DNA of 64,000 bases from Bacteroidales bacterium (GTDB lineage: Bacteria > Bacteroidota > Bacteroidia > Bacteroidales > UBA932), in assembly GCA_017459075.1 (NCBI GenBank), contig JAFUDQ010000028.1, positions 8,045 to 72,044 of the forward strand, read 5' to 3'. Below the pieces are notes generated by a model. The model was not told where the DNA came from. It saw nothing but the letters and a program-made list of their open reading frames with translations, and ran no database searches. The number at the start of each line of letters is the position of its first letter. Within the stretch, counting starts at the first letter, position 1. Below are positions 9,531 through 19,038 of the stretch, piece by piece. Both the position numbers and the translations under genes were made by a program.

Positions 9531-10601
9531 TCAAATTTTAAAGAGCATACCGCCGATGTTGTCCTGCTGTGCGCCGGTTACCGATGCAAGGCAGGACGGC
9601 TCGTCGGCCATGTAAAGAACCCCAAGGAAGGCGAAAATCAGGGCCTCCTTGAACTCTATGATGGCGCTTTCCGGGATGATGATTTTGCAGCCGCTTAGAG
9701 CTGACATCCTGCTAATCAGGAACTTGTTGTAAGCTCCGCCTCCGGTAACAAGAACGGTTTTTCCCGGCTTTGTGACGCGCGCGAACTGGTAGGCGCAGTG
9801 CTCATAGAAGGTGCAAAGTTTATCCTCCATTGTCAATCCGCAGCTGTCCAGAAGCGGGAAGACATTCTTCTCTACCCACTCACGACCAAGGGACTTCGGA
9901 TAAGTCTTGCCGAAGTAATCCAGCGCATCCAGCTTGGCCTTAAGCTCCTCATTTACAGTTCCTTTGCTGGCAATGATGCCGTCGCGGTCAAACTCCAGCC
10001 CAATCTCACGGCAATACTTGTTAATCACATAATTCACCGGCGAAATGTCAAAAGCAATCCTCTTTTCCCCTTTGCGGAAGGATATATTGTCAAAGCCGCC
10101 GATGTTAAGGCAATAGTCATAGTCTCCGAACAAAAGGTCATCGCCGATGGGAACAAGTGGCGCGCCCTGGCCGCCCAGCATTATGTCAAGGCGGCGGAAA
10201 TCAGACACTGTCGGCACCTTGGTAACAGCAGCGATAGCGGCACCATCGCCAATCTGGTACATTACCTTCTTTGCAGGCTCATGGAAGACGGTGCTGCCGT
10301 GGGAGGCGATGATGTCCGGACGCACGCCGAACTCCTGCATAAAGTCGTTCACCCTCTCCCCAAGGAAGAAGCCGTACTGGCTGTGGAAGGTGATAAACTC
10401 CAAGGCCGACATATTCTGGACCTTGCGCCCCAGCTTTTCCTTCAGCTCCTGCGGATAATCATACCCCCTTGCGCAGTCGATTTTGAATGACCATTTGCCG
10501 CCTTCCTTAGTGAACGTTGCGCAGCAGACGTCCAATCCGTCCACCGATGTCCCGGACATAAGTCCTATGCTTTTGTAAGATTTATCCATTGTTGTTTTCA
10601 T
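9531..10601 (-). CDS. anmK: Anhydro-N-acetylmuramic acid kinase
   Basis: IGLMSGTSVDGLD, SHGSTVFH, DFRRLDIMLGGQGAPLVP, PKSLGRE, KEALIFAFLG; ATGA overlap with metX stop. Confidence 0.93.
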   Translation of the reverse strand: MKTTMDKSYKSIGLMSGTSVDGLDVCCATFTKEGGKWSFKIDCARGYDYPQELKEKLGRKVQNMSALEFITFHSQYGFFLGERVNDFMQEFGVRPDIIASHGSTVFHEPAKKVMYQIGDGAAIAAVTKVPTVSDFRRLDIMLGGQGAPLVPIGDDLLFGDYDYCLNIGGFDNISFRKGEKRIAFDISPVNYVINKYCREIGLEFDRDGIIASKGTVNEELKAKLDALDYFGKTYPKSLGREWVEKNVFPLLDSCGLTMEDKLCTFYEHCAYQFARVTKPGKTVLVTGGGAYNKFLISRMSALSGCKIIIPESAIIEFKEALIFAFLGVLYMADEPSCLASVTGAQQDNIGGMLFKI

Positions 10602-11620
10602 TTGCAAGCCTCCTTTACTATCGGGCCGATGATGGCTTCCATCTGGGGGAACTCAATCAGGAAACCGTCGTGGCCGAAGTGAGTCTGGATAACGTGATAA
10701 TCGGCACCCATCATCCGGGCCATCGGCTCCATGTCAACGGGAGGGAAAAGGATGTCGGTGCTAAGCGTGATGACGGTGGCGGGGCACTTAATCATCTTAA
10801 GGGCGGCTTCCACACCGCCGCGGCCGCGGCCCACGTTGATGCTGTCCACAACGTAGGTCAGATACCAATATGAATAGGCGTCAAAGTCGCGCACGAACTT
10901 GCTGCCCTGATACCTCTGGTAAGAGGCGGCTTTGTCTGCAAAAACGATGTCTTCCGAATCCTCCCACTGCTTGATGTTATAACCTTCCTCGCATCTGTAA
11001 GACATAATGGCTATTCCGCGGGCGCACTTAAGGCCGGCCAGGCCGCCCTTAAGGTCACGGCGAAGCCGGAAGGTCGGGTCTGCCTCAAGGGCCATTCGCT
11101 GAGTCTCCTCAAAGGCTGTAAGCCAAGGAGTTACGCGTGAAGTCGTGGCCATGAAAACCGCCCTTTTGATAAGTTCCGGGTGCATGATTGCAAACTCTTG
11201 GGCGTGGAAGCCGCCCATGGAAGCGCCTACAAGCAGGTCTATTTTTGTTATGCCCAGATGCTGGCAAAGCAGGTAAAAAGCGTTGATGGAGTCGCGGACC
11301 GTTACCTTCGGAAAGTCAAAGTAATACGGCTGCCCGTTAAGCGGGTTGATGCTTGCAGGACCGCTGGAGCCAAAGCAGGAGCCAAGGGAGTTAGCGCAGA
11401 TTACAAAATACTTTTCCGTGTCGAACATAAGGCCCGGGCCGGTAATCTGGGCCCACCAGTCCCGCGGGTCTGCGCTGGCGGTTACAGCGTGGCAGAGCCA
11501 GATGACCTTCTGGCCGTGATATCCGCCCTTAGAGCAGACATATCCTACTTCCAACCGGGGCAAAACCTGCCCGCCTTCTACCTGAAACGGCTTATCGTAT
11601 ACAAAAACTTTCTTCTCCAT
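10598..11620 (-). CDS. metX: Homoserine O-acetyltransferase (MetX family)
   Basis: CHAVTAS, ICANSLGSCFGSSGP, GASMGG nucleophile, SYQRYQG, FGHDGFLIE. Confidence 0.9.
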   Translation of the reverse strand: MEKKVFVYDKPFQVEGGQVLPRLEVGYVCSKGGYHGQKVIWLCHAVTASADPRDWWAQITGPGLMFDTEKYFVICANSLGSCFGSSGPASINPLNGQPYYFDFPKVTVRDSINAFYLLCQHLGITKIDLLVGASMGGFHAQEFAIMHPELIKRAVFMATTSRVTPWLTAFEETQRMALEADPTFRLRRDLKGGLAGLKCARGIAIMSYRCEEGYNIKQWEDSEDIVFADKAASYQRYQGSKFVRDFDAYSYWYLTYVVDSINVGRGRGGVEAALKMIKCPATVITLSTDILFPPVDMEPMARMMGADYHVIQTHFGHDGFLIEFPQMEAIIGPIVKEACK

Positions 11621-11724
11621 TAACAGTCTTATGCCGATTTTGAGTAATCGGATTCACAAAAATAGCCATAAATTTTAAGATTTCAGGAGAAAACCGCTAT
11701 ATTTAAACTCCAAATCGATGAAAC

Positions 11725-12870
11725 ATGAAAATACTTGACTTATCTTTTACTATTGCAGCCTTGCTGATGATGGTATGGCCTGCGCAGGCCCAGGTTGCCA
11801 AAAACCAGGATCAGGAAGCCAGGATTGCCTGGCTCACAACAGTTAAAGGCATTGACTGGCCACGTCATGAAAAGGACAGCACCGGCGCAGAAATAATTGA
11901 TTTCCAGGCAGATAAGGAAGCCTTGGTAAAAATAATAGGCGACATCAAGGATGTTGGATGCAATACCGTTTTCTTCCAGCTGGTTTCCAATATGGATGCC
12001 ATTTATCCGTCCAAGATTCTCCCGTGGAGCCATGTTCTTACAGGCACCCAGGGCGTGGACCCGGGCTATGACCCGCTGGCGCTTGCCATTGAGACCTGCC
12101 GCAGTCTTGGCCTTGAAATCCATGCCTGGCTTAACCCGCTGCGCTGCGGAGCAGAGGATATGCAGCGCGACAGCAGCCACATTGTCATTACCCATCCGGA
12201 GATGATTCAGACTTACAACAAGTCATATTTTCTTGATCCTGCCCTGCCCCAGACCAGGGAACATTTAAGTTCAATTATCGCGGAACTGCTTGATAATTAC
12301 GACCTTGACGGAATACATATCGATGATTATTTTTATCCGGAGGGCTTCCAGGCCAATCAGGGTACCTGGGAAGATGCCGACCAGTACGAGGAATACCAGA
12401 ACGAGGGCGGCGAACTGGACCGCGAGGGCTGGCGCTTTGCCAATATCAACGCATGCGTGGCCGCAATGTACAATACAACCCACGGCTATCCGGGCAAAGT
12501 ATTCGGGATTTCCCCCGGCGGCCGCCTTGTCAACACCGTTCGCCTGTATGCGGATCCCCGTTTCTGGATAGAGGAAGGCACAATCGACTATCTGATTCCC
12601 CAGATTTACTGGCAGCACGGGCATCCCATTGCAGACTTCTTTACGGTTCTGAACAGCTGGGAAGAGATTATGAAGGACGTACCGATGTACGTTGGCCTTG
12701 CCGCCTACCGTCTTGGCCAGAAGGGTTTTGAGTCTGTCGATGAGTTCAAGAAGCAGATAGAGGAATGCCGTCAGGCATCATGGGTAAAAGGACACGCCTG
12801 GTTCAGCACCAAGTGTATCCTTACCGATGAATTCAAAAAGTTCCTTAAAGAGGGACCCTACTCAGAATGA
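11725..12870 (+). CDS. Glycoside hydrolase GHL10/DUF187 (YddW/DigH-like), secreted
   Basis: AWLTTVKGIDWP, YDPLA, EIHAWLNP, YDLDGIHIDDYFYP, DYLIPQIYW. Confidence 0.85.
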   Translation: MKILDLSFTIAALLMMVWPAQAQVAKNQDQEARIAWLTTVKGIDWPRHEKDSTGAEIIDFQADKEALVKIIGDIKDVGCNTVFFQLVSNMDAIYPSKILPWSHVLTGTQGVDPGYDPLALAIETCRSLGLEIHAWLNPLRCGAEDMQRDSSHIVITHPEMIQTYNKSYFLDPALPQTREHLSSIIAELLDNYDLDGIHIDDYFYPEGFQANQGTWEDADQYEEYQNEGGELDREGWRFANINACVAAMYNTTHGYPGKVFGISPGGRLVNTVRLYADPRFWIEEGTIDYLIPQIYWQHGHPIADFFTVLNSWEEIMKDVPMYVGLAAYRLGQKGFESVDEFKKQIEECRQASWVKGHAWFSTKCILTDEFKKFLKEGPYSE

Positions 12871-12874
12871 CAAC

Positions 12875-14905
12875 TTATCTCTTTTTATAGCGCAGGCCAA
12901 GGGCCTCGTATTTAGGGAATTCCTTAGCTGCCAGGATGCTGTAGAAGCGGTCCCAATCGGCCAGGAAAGCATCATCGTCCGGCCATGAAGGGCAGGCGTT
13001 CCAACCCCTTTCAAAGGCACCTATCGCCTTGGGGAAGATGCTGTAAGAGTAGTCCCCGAAGTTCCTCAGGTTCTCGCTCCAGAGCTGAACCTGCACGCCA
13101 ATTATGTTCTCCTGACGCTCAAGGGCCATTTTGCCGTCGGCGATGCCGGTAAGGTCTTTGGGCGTATCAACGTCGTTCCAACGCACGGACTCATAGATGC
13201 GGTACGGCTGCAGGGCGAAGGTCTTGCGCTCGTCCACGTAGCCGCCCCATGTGAGGCCTTTCTCGTCCGGGCCGTCAGAGTAAGCCAGGTCTATATACAG
13301 GTTCTCCACATTGGAAAGAAGGGTGGGGAAGCCCTGGTTCGCAAGCCTGTAAGGGGTTTCCGCCAGGCGGCCCTGGGTGCTCCATGCGTTTACAAAATAC
13401 AGTTTTGTGGCCAGTTCAGTTGCAGTTTCCGGCTTGATGTTCTGGGTGATTTCCTGCCAGCCTGCCAGCTTAACGCCTTTGCGGTCTGCAATCTCCATCA
13501 TCCTGCGGATGAAGAGGTCTTTCATCTCTATGCGGCTGCGTCCGCTCCATGCTCCGTAGGGAACTTCGTCTCCGCCAATATGGATAGCCGCCAGCGGAAC
13601 GCCGGCGTCCTTGTGCATCTTTATCACATTGTCGAAGATGCATTCCATGAATTTGTATACGCCCGGATATTCAACTTCCAGGACATTGTCGTTAAAGCTC
13701 TGTGCCGATGTATATTTGGATGTGTCGGCCGGGTTGGCAAGGCGAAAGCTGCCGTCGCCGGTGCGGCGCTCGTAAGCCTCCATAGAGCGTATGGCGGCAC
13801 GGGAATGCCCCGGTGAATCGAACTCCGGAATAACCTTAATGCGGCGTTCCCAGGCGTATTTGATAATCTCCTCGTAGTCTTCCTGTGTGTAGAATCCGTA
13901 GCTGGAAGAAGCCTCGCTCACGCGGCCGTCGGTGCTGGGCATAAGGCCGTCGGGCTCATAAAGATCGCCCTTCTTTGCAAAAAGGTCGTCATCGGCTTCA
14001 CAGACAACCGGCAGAGCGTGGCGGGAGGCGAATGTAGTCAGCTCCGGCAGCTGGGGAATCTCAATGCGCCAGCCTTCGTCATCGACAATATGAAAATGCA
14101 GATGGTTGACTTTATAGCCTGCGACGATATCGATAATCTTCTTGACTCCCTTTTTGTCCAGGAAGTTGCGGGCCACGTCCAGCATTATTCCCCTGTAGGG
14201 AAGGTCCGGCCAGTCGGTGATTTCAGTAGGAGGCAGCTGCTGTGGAAGCTTTTCATAGGTTGTGCGGGCATAGAAGAAACCGTCTTCCTCTGCTGCTTCT
14301 ACGCTTGCTCCTTCTTTGCCGATGCTTATACGATACCAGCCCACGGGGTGCTCTCCGGAGGGTGCAACGGTAATCTTGGCAAGGGAGTAGTCCGGTTTGG
14401 CAACCTGGCCTTCTCCATAGGTCACTTCTTTTACTGCGGGGATGATATCGGCCGGCTTGGGCTCATAGGTCTTTGCAAACCATTTTGCCTCCGGCTCTGT
14501 ACCTTCACGAGGGATAAAGTTGTACTCTACAGCCAACTCCTGGTCTTTCTGGCCCTTGCGCTGCAGGACAAAGCCTTCCGGCGCCCAGGATTTGCGTGGC
14601 AGTGCGGTGGATAAATACTTGATGCTTAGTTCTTTGCCCTCATGCTCCGGCACGTCGAAGTAAAAACTGTTGCCTTTGTAGTGAGTGATTTCCGTTACAG
14701 ATTCCGGGGCCATTTCCAGCTTCCTGGGAATCCGGGCAAACCAGATGCGGCTGCCTCCGGGTACATTCTTAAGGATAATTTCATGGCAGGCTTTTCCGAC
14801 ATCATCGGCCTGGCCTTCATTCCAAACAACGGACGGGGTTTTGTCTGTGCAGGCGGCTGCAAAGAGTACGGGAACCGCTGCGGCAATCAGTTTTATCAGT
14901 TTCAT
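12875..14905 (-). CDS. GH20 beta-N-acetylhexosaminidase, lipoprotein
   Basis: YRGIMLDVARNF, HFHIVDDEGWR, PEFDSPGH, HIGGDEVP, QLWSE; lipobox FAAAC. Confidence 0.92.
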   Translation of the reverse strand: MKLIKLIAAAVPVLFAAACTDKTPSVVWNEGQADDVGKACHEIILKNVPGGSRIWFARIPRKLEMAPESVTEITHYKGNSFYFDVPEHEGKELSIKYLSTALPRKSWAPEGFVLQRKGQKDQELAVEYNFIPREGTEPEAKWFAKTYEPKPADIIPAVKEVTYGEGQVAKPDYSLAKITVAPSGEHPVGWYRISIGKEGASVEAAEEDGFFYARTTYEKLPQQLPPTEITDWPDLPYRGIMLDVARNFLDKKGVKKIIDIVAGYKVNHLHFHIVDDEGWRIEIPQLPELTTFASRHALPVVCEADDDLFAKKGDLYEPDGLMPSTDGRVSEASSSYGFYTQEDYEEIIKYAWERRIKVIPEFDSPGHSRAAIRSMEAYERRTGDGSFRLANPADTSKYTSAQSFNDNVLEVEYPGVYKFMECIFDNVIKMHKDAGVPLAAIHIGGDEVPYGAWSGRSRIEMKDLFIRRMMEIADRKGVKLAGWQEITQNIKPETATELATKLYFVNAWSTQGRLAETPYRLANQGFPTLLSNVENLYIDLAYSDGPDEKGLTWGGYVDERKTFALQPYRIYESVRWNDVDTPKDLTGIADGKMALERQENIIGVQVQLWSENLRNFGDYSYSIFPKAIGAFERGWNACPSWPDDDAFLADWDRFYSILAAKEFPKYEALGLRYKKR

Positions 14906-15020
14906 GGTTATCGGGTTTTTCCTGTTTCTACAAAGATATTCCATTTCTTCGAATAATAAAAATGCTATATTTGCAACAATCGGCAATCGCGGACGTTATT
15001 AATGTGGAAAGAAAGAAAAA

Positions 15021-15521
15021 ATGACAAGAGAAGAAGCAACAGCATTTTACCGGAAGCATTACCGGAGAGTCTTCAACATTTGCCTGCGCATAGTCGGCGA
15101 CAGTGCAGATGCAGAGGAGATAATGCAGGATACGCTTCTCAAATACATTGCCGACGGACCGGCCGGCCTGTCAGAGCAACAGACAGAAGCCTGGCTCGCG
15201 CGAACAGCCATCAGGAAGTCCCTGGACGTACTCAGGGCCCGCAAACGCAGCAATCTCTTCAAGGAAGAGCTCCGGGCGGAGCAGGAAGAGCCTGCGGGAA
15301 CAGAAGAAGTATCGGTGGAAAGCCTTACACCGGAAGCGGTTGCCGGAGCGATAAAAGCCTTGGGAGAACCTTATAACATAGTGCTTGGCCTTGTACTTAT
15401 AGAAGGGCTGGATTACGAAGAGGTATCGGCCTGCACAGGACAAAAACAAACGACCATAAGGTCTTCATACTCAAGGGGTTTGGCAAAATTAAGAACAATG
15501 CTTTCAAATAAAAGGATATGA
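15021..15521 (+). CDS. ECF RNA polymerase sigma factor
   Basis: DAEEIMQD, WLARTAIRKSLD, EGLDYEEVS...TIRSSYSRG; TATATTTG at 14966-14973. Confidence 0.9.
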   Translation: MTREEATAFYRKHYRRVFNICLRIVGDSADAEEIMQDTLLKYIADGPAGLSEQQTEAWLARTAIRKSLDVLRARKRSNLFKEELRAEQEEPAGTEEVSVESLTPEAVAGAIKALGEPYNIVLGLVLIEGLDYEEVSACTGQKQTTIRSSYSRGLAKLRTMLSNKRI

Positions 15522-16009
15522 CAGATTTAGAAAAATACATCAAAGAGAACGGCCGTAAAATGGATATGGCGGAGCCTTCTGCCGGCCACGAAGACCGCTT
15601 CCTGGACAAGTTGGAAAGGGCTGGCAAACCGGCGGCATCGGCAAAAATTGTCGTGTGGAGAAGGTTTATGGCAGTGACAAGCCTGGCAGCCGCAGTCATT
15701 ATCGGGATTATCCTTATCAAACCGGGAGCCGGCGGCAGCCTTAATGCGGACAAAGATTGGTTTGCCGATGCCGGAGATTCCCCGCAGGCGATTTTCGATG
15801 CCTACTACAGTCAGTACCGGCAGAACTGTACTGAGCTCGCGGAATATGGTGAGGATGAGACACTTGCGGCCATTACAAGAGAAGCGATTCCGCTTCTGGA
15901 CCAGCTTCCGGACGAGCTGTCGGATCAGGAAAAAGGGGAGATTCTCAGGAGTTATTACGGCACGATGTTAACCGCGATGAACGATTTTAAAGATAATATA
16001 AAAAACTGA
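15518..16009 (+). CDS. Putative anti-sigma factor (single TM)
   Basis: Overlaps the ECF stop; EPSAGHEDRFLDKL N-terminus then TM helix. Confidence 0.7.
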   Translation: MTDLEKYIKENGRKMDMAEPSAGHEDRFLDKLERAGKPAASAKIVVWRRFMAVTSLAAAVIIGIILIKPGAGGSLNADKDWFADAGDSPQAIFDAYYSQYRQNCTELAEYGEDETLAAITREAIPLLDQLPDELSDQEKGEILRSYYGTMLTAMNDFKDNIKN

Positions 16010-16013
16010 CGAT

Positions 16014-16859
16014 ATGAAAAGCATTATTAGGATTGCAGCTGTATTTGCTGCCATGACAATGGGACTCTTCAGCGCTTCCGGCGCAGGGGTACCCGTTGCT
16101 AAAAGCTACGACTTTACGGGCTTTAACAAATTGGAATTCAGCTGGGTATGGGCCGTAGAGGTGGTTCCTGGCTCCTCATGGTCAATTGACGTTGAGGTAA
16201 CGGAGGAAGCCATGCCTTATGTAGATGTGAATATGATCGGGTCTACCCTTACCCTTGGCGTCAGGAACCTGCCCAGGGAGCTTTCCAACGGAAGGAATTG
16301 GAACCCCACTGCAAAGGCAAGGATTACCATGCCGGAGCTGTGTGATGTCAAAATGAGCGGAGCTACCAAGCTGAGTGTTGCCGGCAGCCTGAATGTAAGG
16401 GGAGAATTTGAGCTGGATGCCACCGGAGCAGCGGTGATTTCCAAGCTGGATTTAATAGCAGATAAACTTGACCTGGACTGCAGCGGAGCTACAAAAGCTA
16501 CCATTACCGCCAAGGTAAGAGATGCCTCTTTGGACATTTCCGGTGCATGTAAAATCAATGCCGGTGTTACAGCGGATATCGCAGAAATCGAGGCTTCCGG
16601 CGCCGCAAGCGTAAAGCTTGCCGGGAAAGTGAACAAGCTGGATGTAGACTGCTCCGGCGCCTGCGACCTGAACCTGCTCCAGACAGACGTAAGGTCTGCT
16701 ATGGTAGAGCTGAGCGGCGCTGCAAAGTGCCATGTGAACGCCCTGGAGAAGCTGGCTGTTGAGCTTAGCGGAGCATCTTCCTGCCGCTATGCGGATAACG
16801 CCGGCCTCAAACTGGACATTGTTTCCGTTGGCCGCGGCGCTTCGCTTAAGAAGCTGTAA
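16014..16859 (+). CDS. DUF2807 (head GIN domain) beta-helix protein
   Basis: Signal peptide, repeated SGA(S/T/C) motifs. Confidence 0.8.
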   Translation: MKSIIRIAAVFAAMTMGLFSASGAGVPVAKSYDFTGFNKLEFSWVWAVEVVPGSSWSIDVEVTEEAMPYVDVNMIGSTLTLGVRNLPRELSNGRNWNPTAKARITMPELCDVKMSGATKLSVAGSLNVRGEFELDATGAAVISKLDLIADKLDLDCSGATKATITAKVRDASLDISGACKINAGVTADIAEIEASGAASVKLAGKVNKLDVDCSGACDLNLLQTDVRSAMVELSGAAKCHVNALEKLAVELSGASSCRYADNAGLKLDIVSVGRGASLKKL

Positions 16860-16935
16860 AATAAGTGCAATCTTTGGCGTATCCTTAATTAAAATTCGTA
16901 TATTAGAGGCCGTAATTAAAAATACGGCTTCTTTT

Positions 16936-18321
16936 ATGTTCAGTAAACAAGTATACGAAAACCGCCGCAAGGTTCTTATTCAGAAGATGGCGGCCGCAGG
17001 AGAGAAAGGTCTCCTTTTCTTCCTTGGTAATGTAGAGGCTCCGGCCCAGTACAAAGACAACTGCTACAAATGGCGTCAGGAAAGCTGCTGGCTTTACTAT
17101 TTCGGTCTTGACGACCCTCGTTATGCGGCAATTCTGGATATCGAGTCCGGAAAAGAGACTATTTATGCCGATGACGTGGAGATTGGCGACATTATCTGGA
17201 TGGGCCCCCAGCCTACCGTTCAGTCAAAGGCAGAGCTTGTAGGTGTAGCCGCCACGGCTCCTTATGAGAAGGCTTTCGAGGCCGTTAAAGCCGCCAAGGC
17301 TGCTGGCCGTCCGGTCCACTTCCTGCCCCCTTCCCGCTACTATAACACGATGGTGACAGAGAAACTCTTCCCCGGAGAAAAACCATCTACCGTGTTTATA
17401 GAAACCGTTGTGAGCCAGCGACTTGTAAAAGAGCCTTGTGAAATTGAGGCTATTGACGATGCCTGCGCCCTTGGCTATGAGATGCACTCCGTAGGCCGCG
17501 ACAACATTCGCATCGGCATTGTTGAACAGGAAATCGTAGGAAAGATGGAAGGCCTTACCCTCAGCAAAGGTTGGGGCGTATCATTCCCTACCATCCTTAC
17601 CCAGCATGGTGAGACCCTCCATAACCATCTGCATGACAAGGTGATAGAGCCCGGCAAACTCATGGTAATCGACGCAGGAGCAGAGAGTAATATGCATTAT
17701 GCATCGGACTTCACCCGTACCTATCCTACCAGCGGCAAATTCACTACCAAGCAGCGTGAGATTTACCAGATTGTTTGCGACTGTAATGAGCATGCCTTCA
17801 GCATCACCCGCCCTGGAATCACTTACAGGGAGGTTCATCTGGCCACCATGCACAAAATGCTTGAGGGGCTCAGTGCCCTCGGCCTTGTGAAGGGAGACCT
17901 TGATGAGATGACTGCCGACGGCATTGCCGGCCTCTTCCAGCCTCACGGCCTTGGCCACAACATGGGGCTTGACGTGCATGATATGGAGGACCTTGGTGAG
18001 AATCTTGTTGGCTATGACCGCGGCCAGATTCGTGCAAAGCAGCTTGGCCTTGGCAGCCTGCGTATGGCCCGTAACCTTAAGCCCGGCTTTGTAATTACCG
18101 ATGAACCAGGTATTTACTTCATCCCTGCCCTTATTGAGGAGTGGAAAGAGAAGGGCCTTGGCAAGGGTATCATCAACTTTGAAAAGCTTAAGGATTACTA
18201 CGACTTCGGCGGAATCCGCTTGGAGGACGACGTTCTTGTAACAGAGACTGGTGCCCGCCGCTGCGGTCCCAAGCGTCTTCCTATCCTTCCGGACGACGTT
18301 GAGGCCGCTATGGCGAAATGA
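16936..18321 (+). CDS. pepP: Xaa-Pro aminopeptidase (M24B)
   Basis: IDAGAE...YASDFTRT, PHGLGHNMGLDVHD, TDEPGIYF, GGIRLEDDV. Confidence 0.93.
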   Translation: MFSKQVYENRRKVLIQKMAAAGEKGLLFFLGNVEAPAQYKDNCYKWRQESCWLYYFGLDDPRYAAILDIESGKETIYADDVEIGDIIWMGPQPTVQSKAELVGVAATAPYEKAFEAVKAAKAAGRPVHFLPPSRYYNTMVTEKLFPGEKPSTVFIETVVSQRLVKEPCEIEAIDDACALGYEMHSVGRDNIRIGIVEQEIVGKMEGLTLSKGWGVSFPTILTQHGETLHNHLHDKVIEPGKLMVIDAGAESNMHYASDFTRTYPTSGKFTTKQREIYQIVCDCNEHAFSITRPGITYREVHLATMHKMLEGLSALGLVKGDLDEMTADGIAGLFQPHGLGHNMGLDVHDMEDLGENLVGYDRGQIRAKQLGLGSLRMARNLKPGFVITDEPGIYFIPALIEEWKEKGLGKGIINFEKLKDYYDFGGIRLEDDVLVTETGARRCGPKRLPILPDDVEAAMAK

Positions 18322-18322
18322 C

Positions 18323-18395
18323 TGTCATTTCGACCGAGCCCGAAGGGAGAGTGGTTGTCATTTCGACCGAGCCCGAAGGGAGAGTGGAGAAATCT
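18323..18395 (+). repeat. Tandem pair of TGTC-tagged REP-like palindromes
   Basis: TGTCATTTCGACCGAGCCCGAAGGGAGAGTGG at 18323 and 18356, second copy ending AGAAATCT; related copy at 27965-28004. Confidence 0.85.
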
Positions 18396-18402
18396 GTAAA
18401 CA

Positions 18403-18885
18403 ATGATAGGTGACATTCTACTGGCAGCCCTGGGAATATTCCTGGGAGTCTTCGGAATCATCGGCAGTATAGTACCGGCACTGCCCGGCCCGCCAATTAG
18501 CTGGCTTGGCATGCTGGTTATGTACCTGCGTTTTGAAGGCTCAATCTCCAGTACCCAGCTCTTCATCTGGCTGGGAATAACCGTCGTCGTTACCATCCTT
18601 GACTACATAGTCCCCTCAAGAATCACAAAATACACCGGGGGTAGCAAGGCCGCGTCCTGGGGCTCCACCATAGGAATGCTACTTGGAATGTTCCTGACGC
18701 CCATCGGAATGATTCTTGGCGGCCTCATCGGTGCCTTCGTGGCCGAATACGCGTTCGGCAGCAAGGATACCCTCAATTCAACTACCGCCGCCCTGGGCGC
18801 CTTCCTCGGCTTCCTCGTCGGCACCGGCCTTAAACTTTTCGCCGCTGTCTGGATGATAACCATCATCATCGGCGCCATCTTCTAA
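18403..18885 (+). CDS. DUF456 membrane protein
   Basis: GSIVPALPGPP, KYTGGSKAASWG, GAFVAEY; hydrophobic throughout. Confidence 0.85.
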   Translation: MIGDILLAALGIFLGVFGIIGSIVPALPGPPISWLGMLVMYLRFEGSISSTQLFIWLGITVVVTILDYIVPSRITKYTGGSKAASWGSTIGMLLGMFLTPIGMILGGLIGAFVAEYAFGSKDTLNSTTAALGAFLGFLVGTGLKLFAAVWMITIIIGAIF

Positions 18886-18962
18886 AAAGCAAAAAAATTC
18901 TAAAAAGTCCTTTACATCCAGTAACCGACGCTGGCTTCATCTTCCAGTAGTATAAGCCTGTT

Positions 18963-19038
18963 CTGATTATCAATAACTTACGCATTTCAACTTGGCAAAA
19001 ACGGCTAAGTTGAAATGCGTAACTAGCTAATTTTCAAT
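18963..19038 (-). repeat. Long palindromic element, copy 1 (RAYT-associated family)
   Basis: TTACGCATTTCAACTT (18978-18993), 13-nt loop, AAGTTGAAATGCGTAA (19007-19022). Confidence 0.9.

Noticed and set aside
11621-11724. SAM or SAH riboswitch upstream of metX (or ahcY)
   Set aside because: The leaders are short and AT-rich with no recognisable aptamer.
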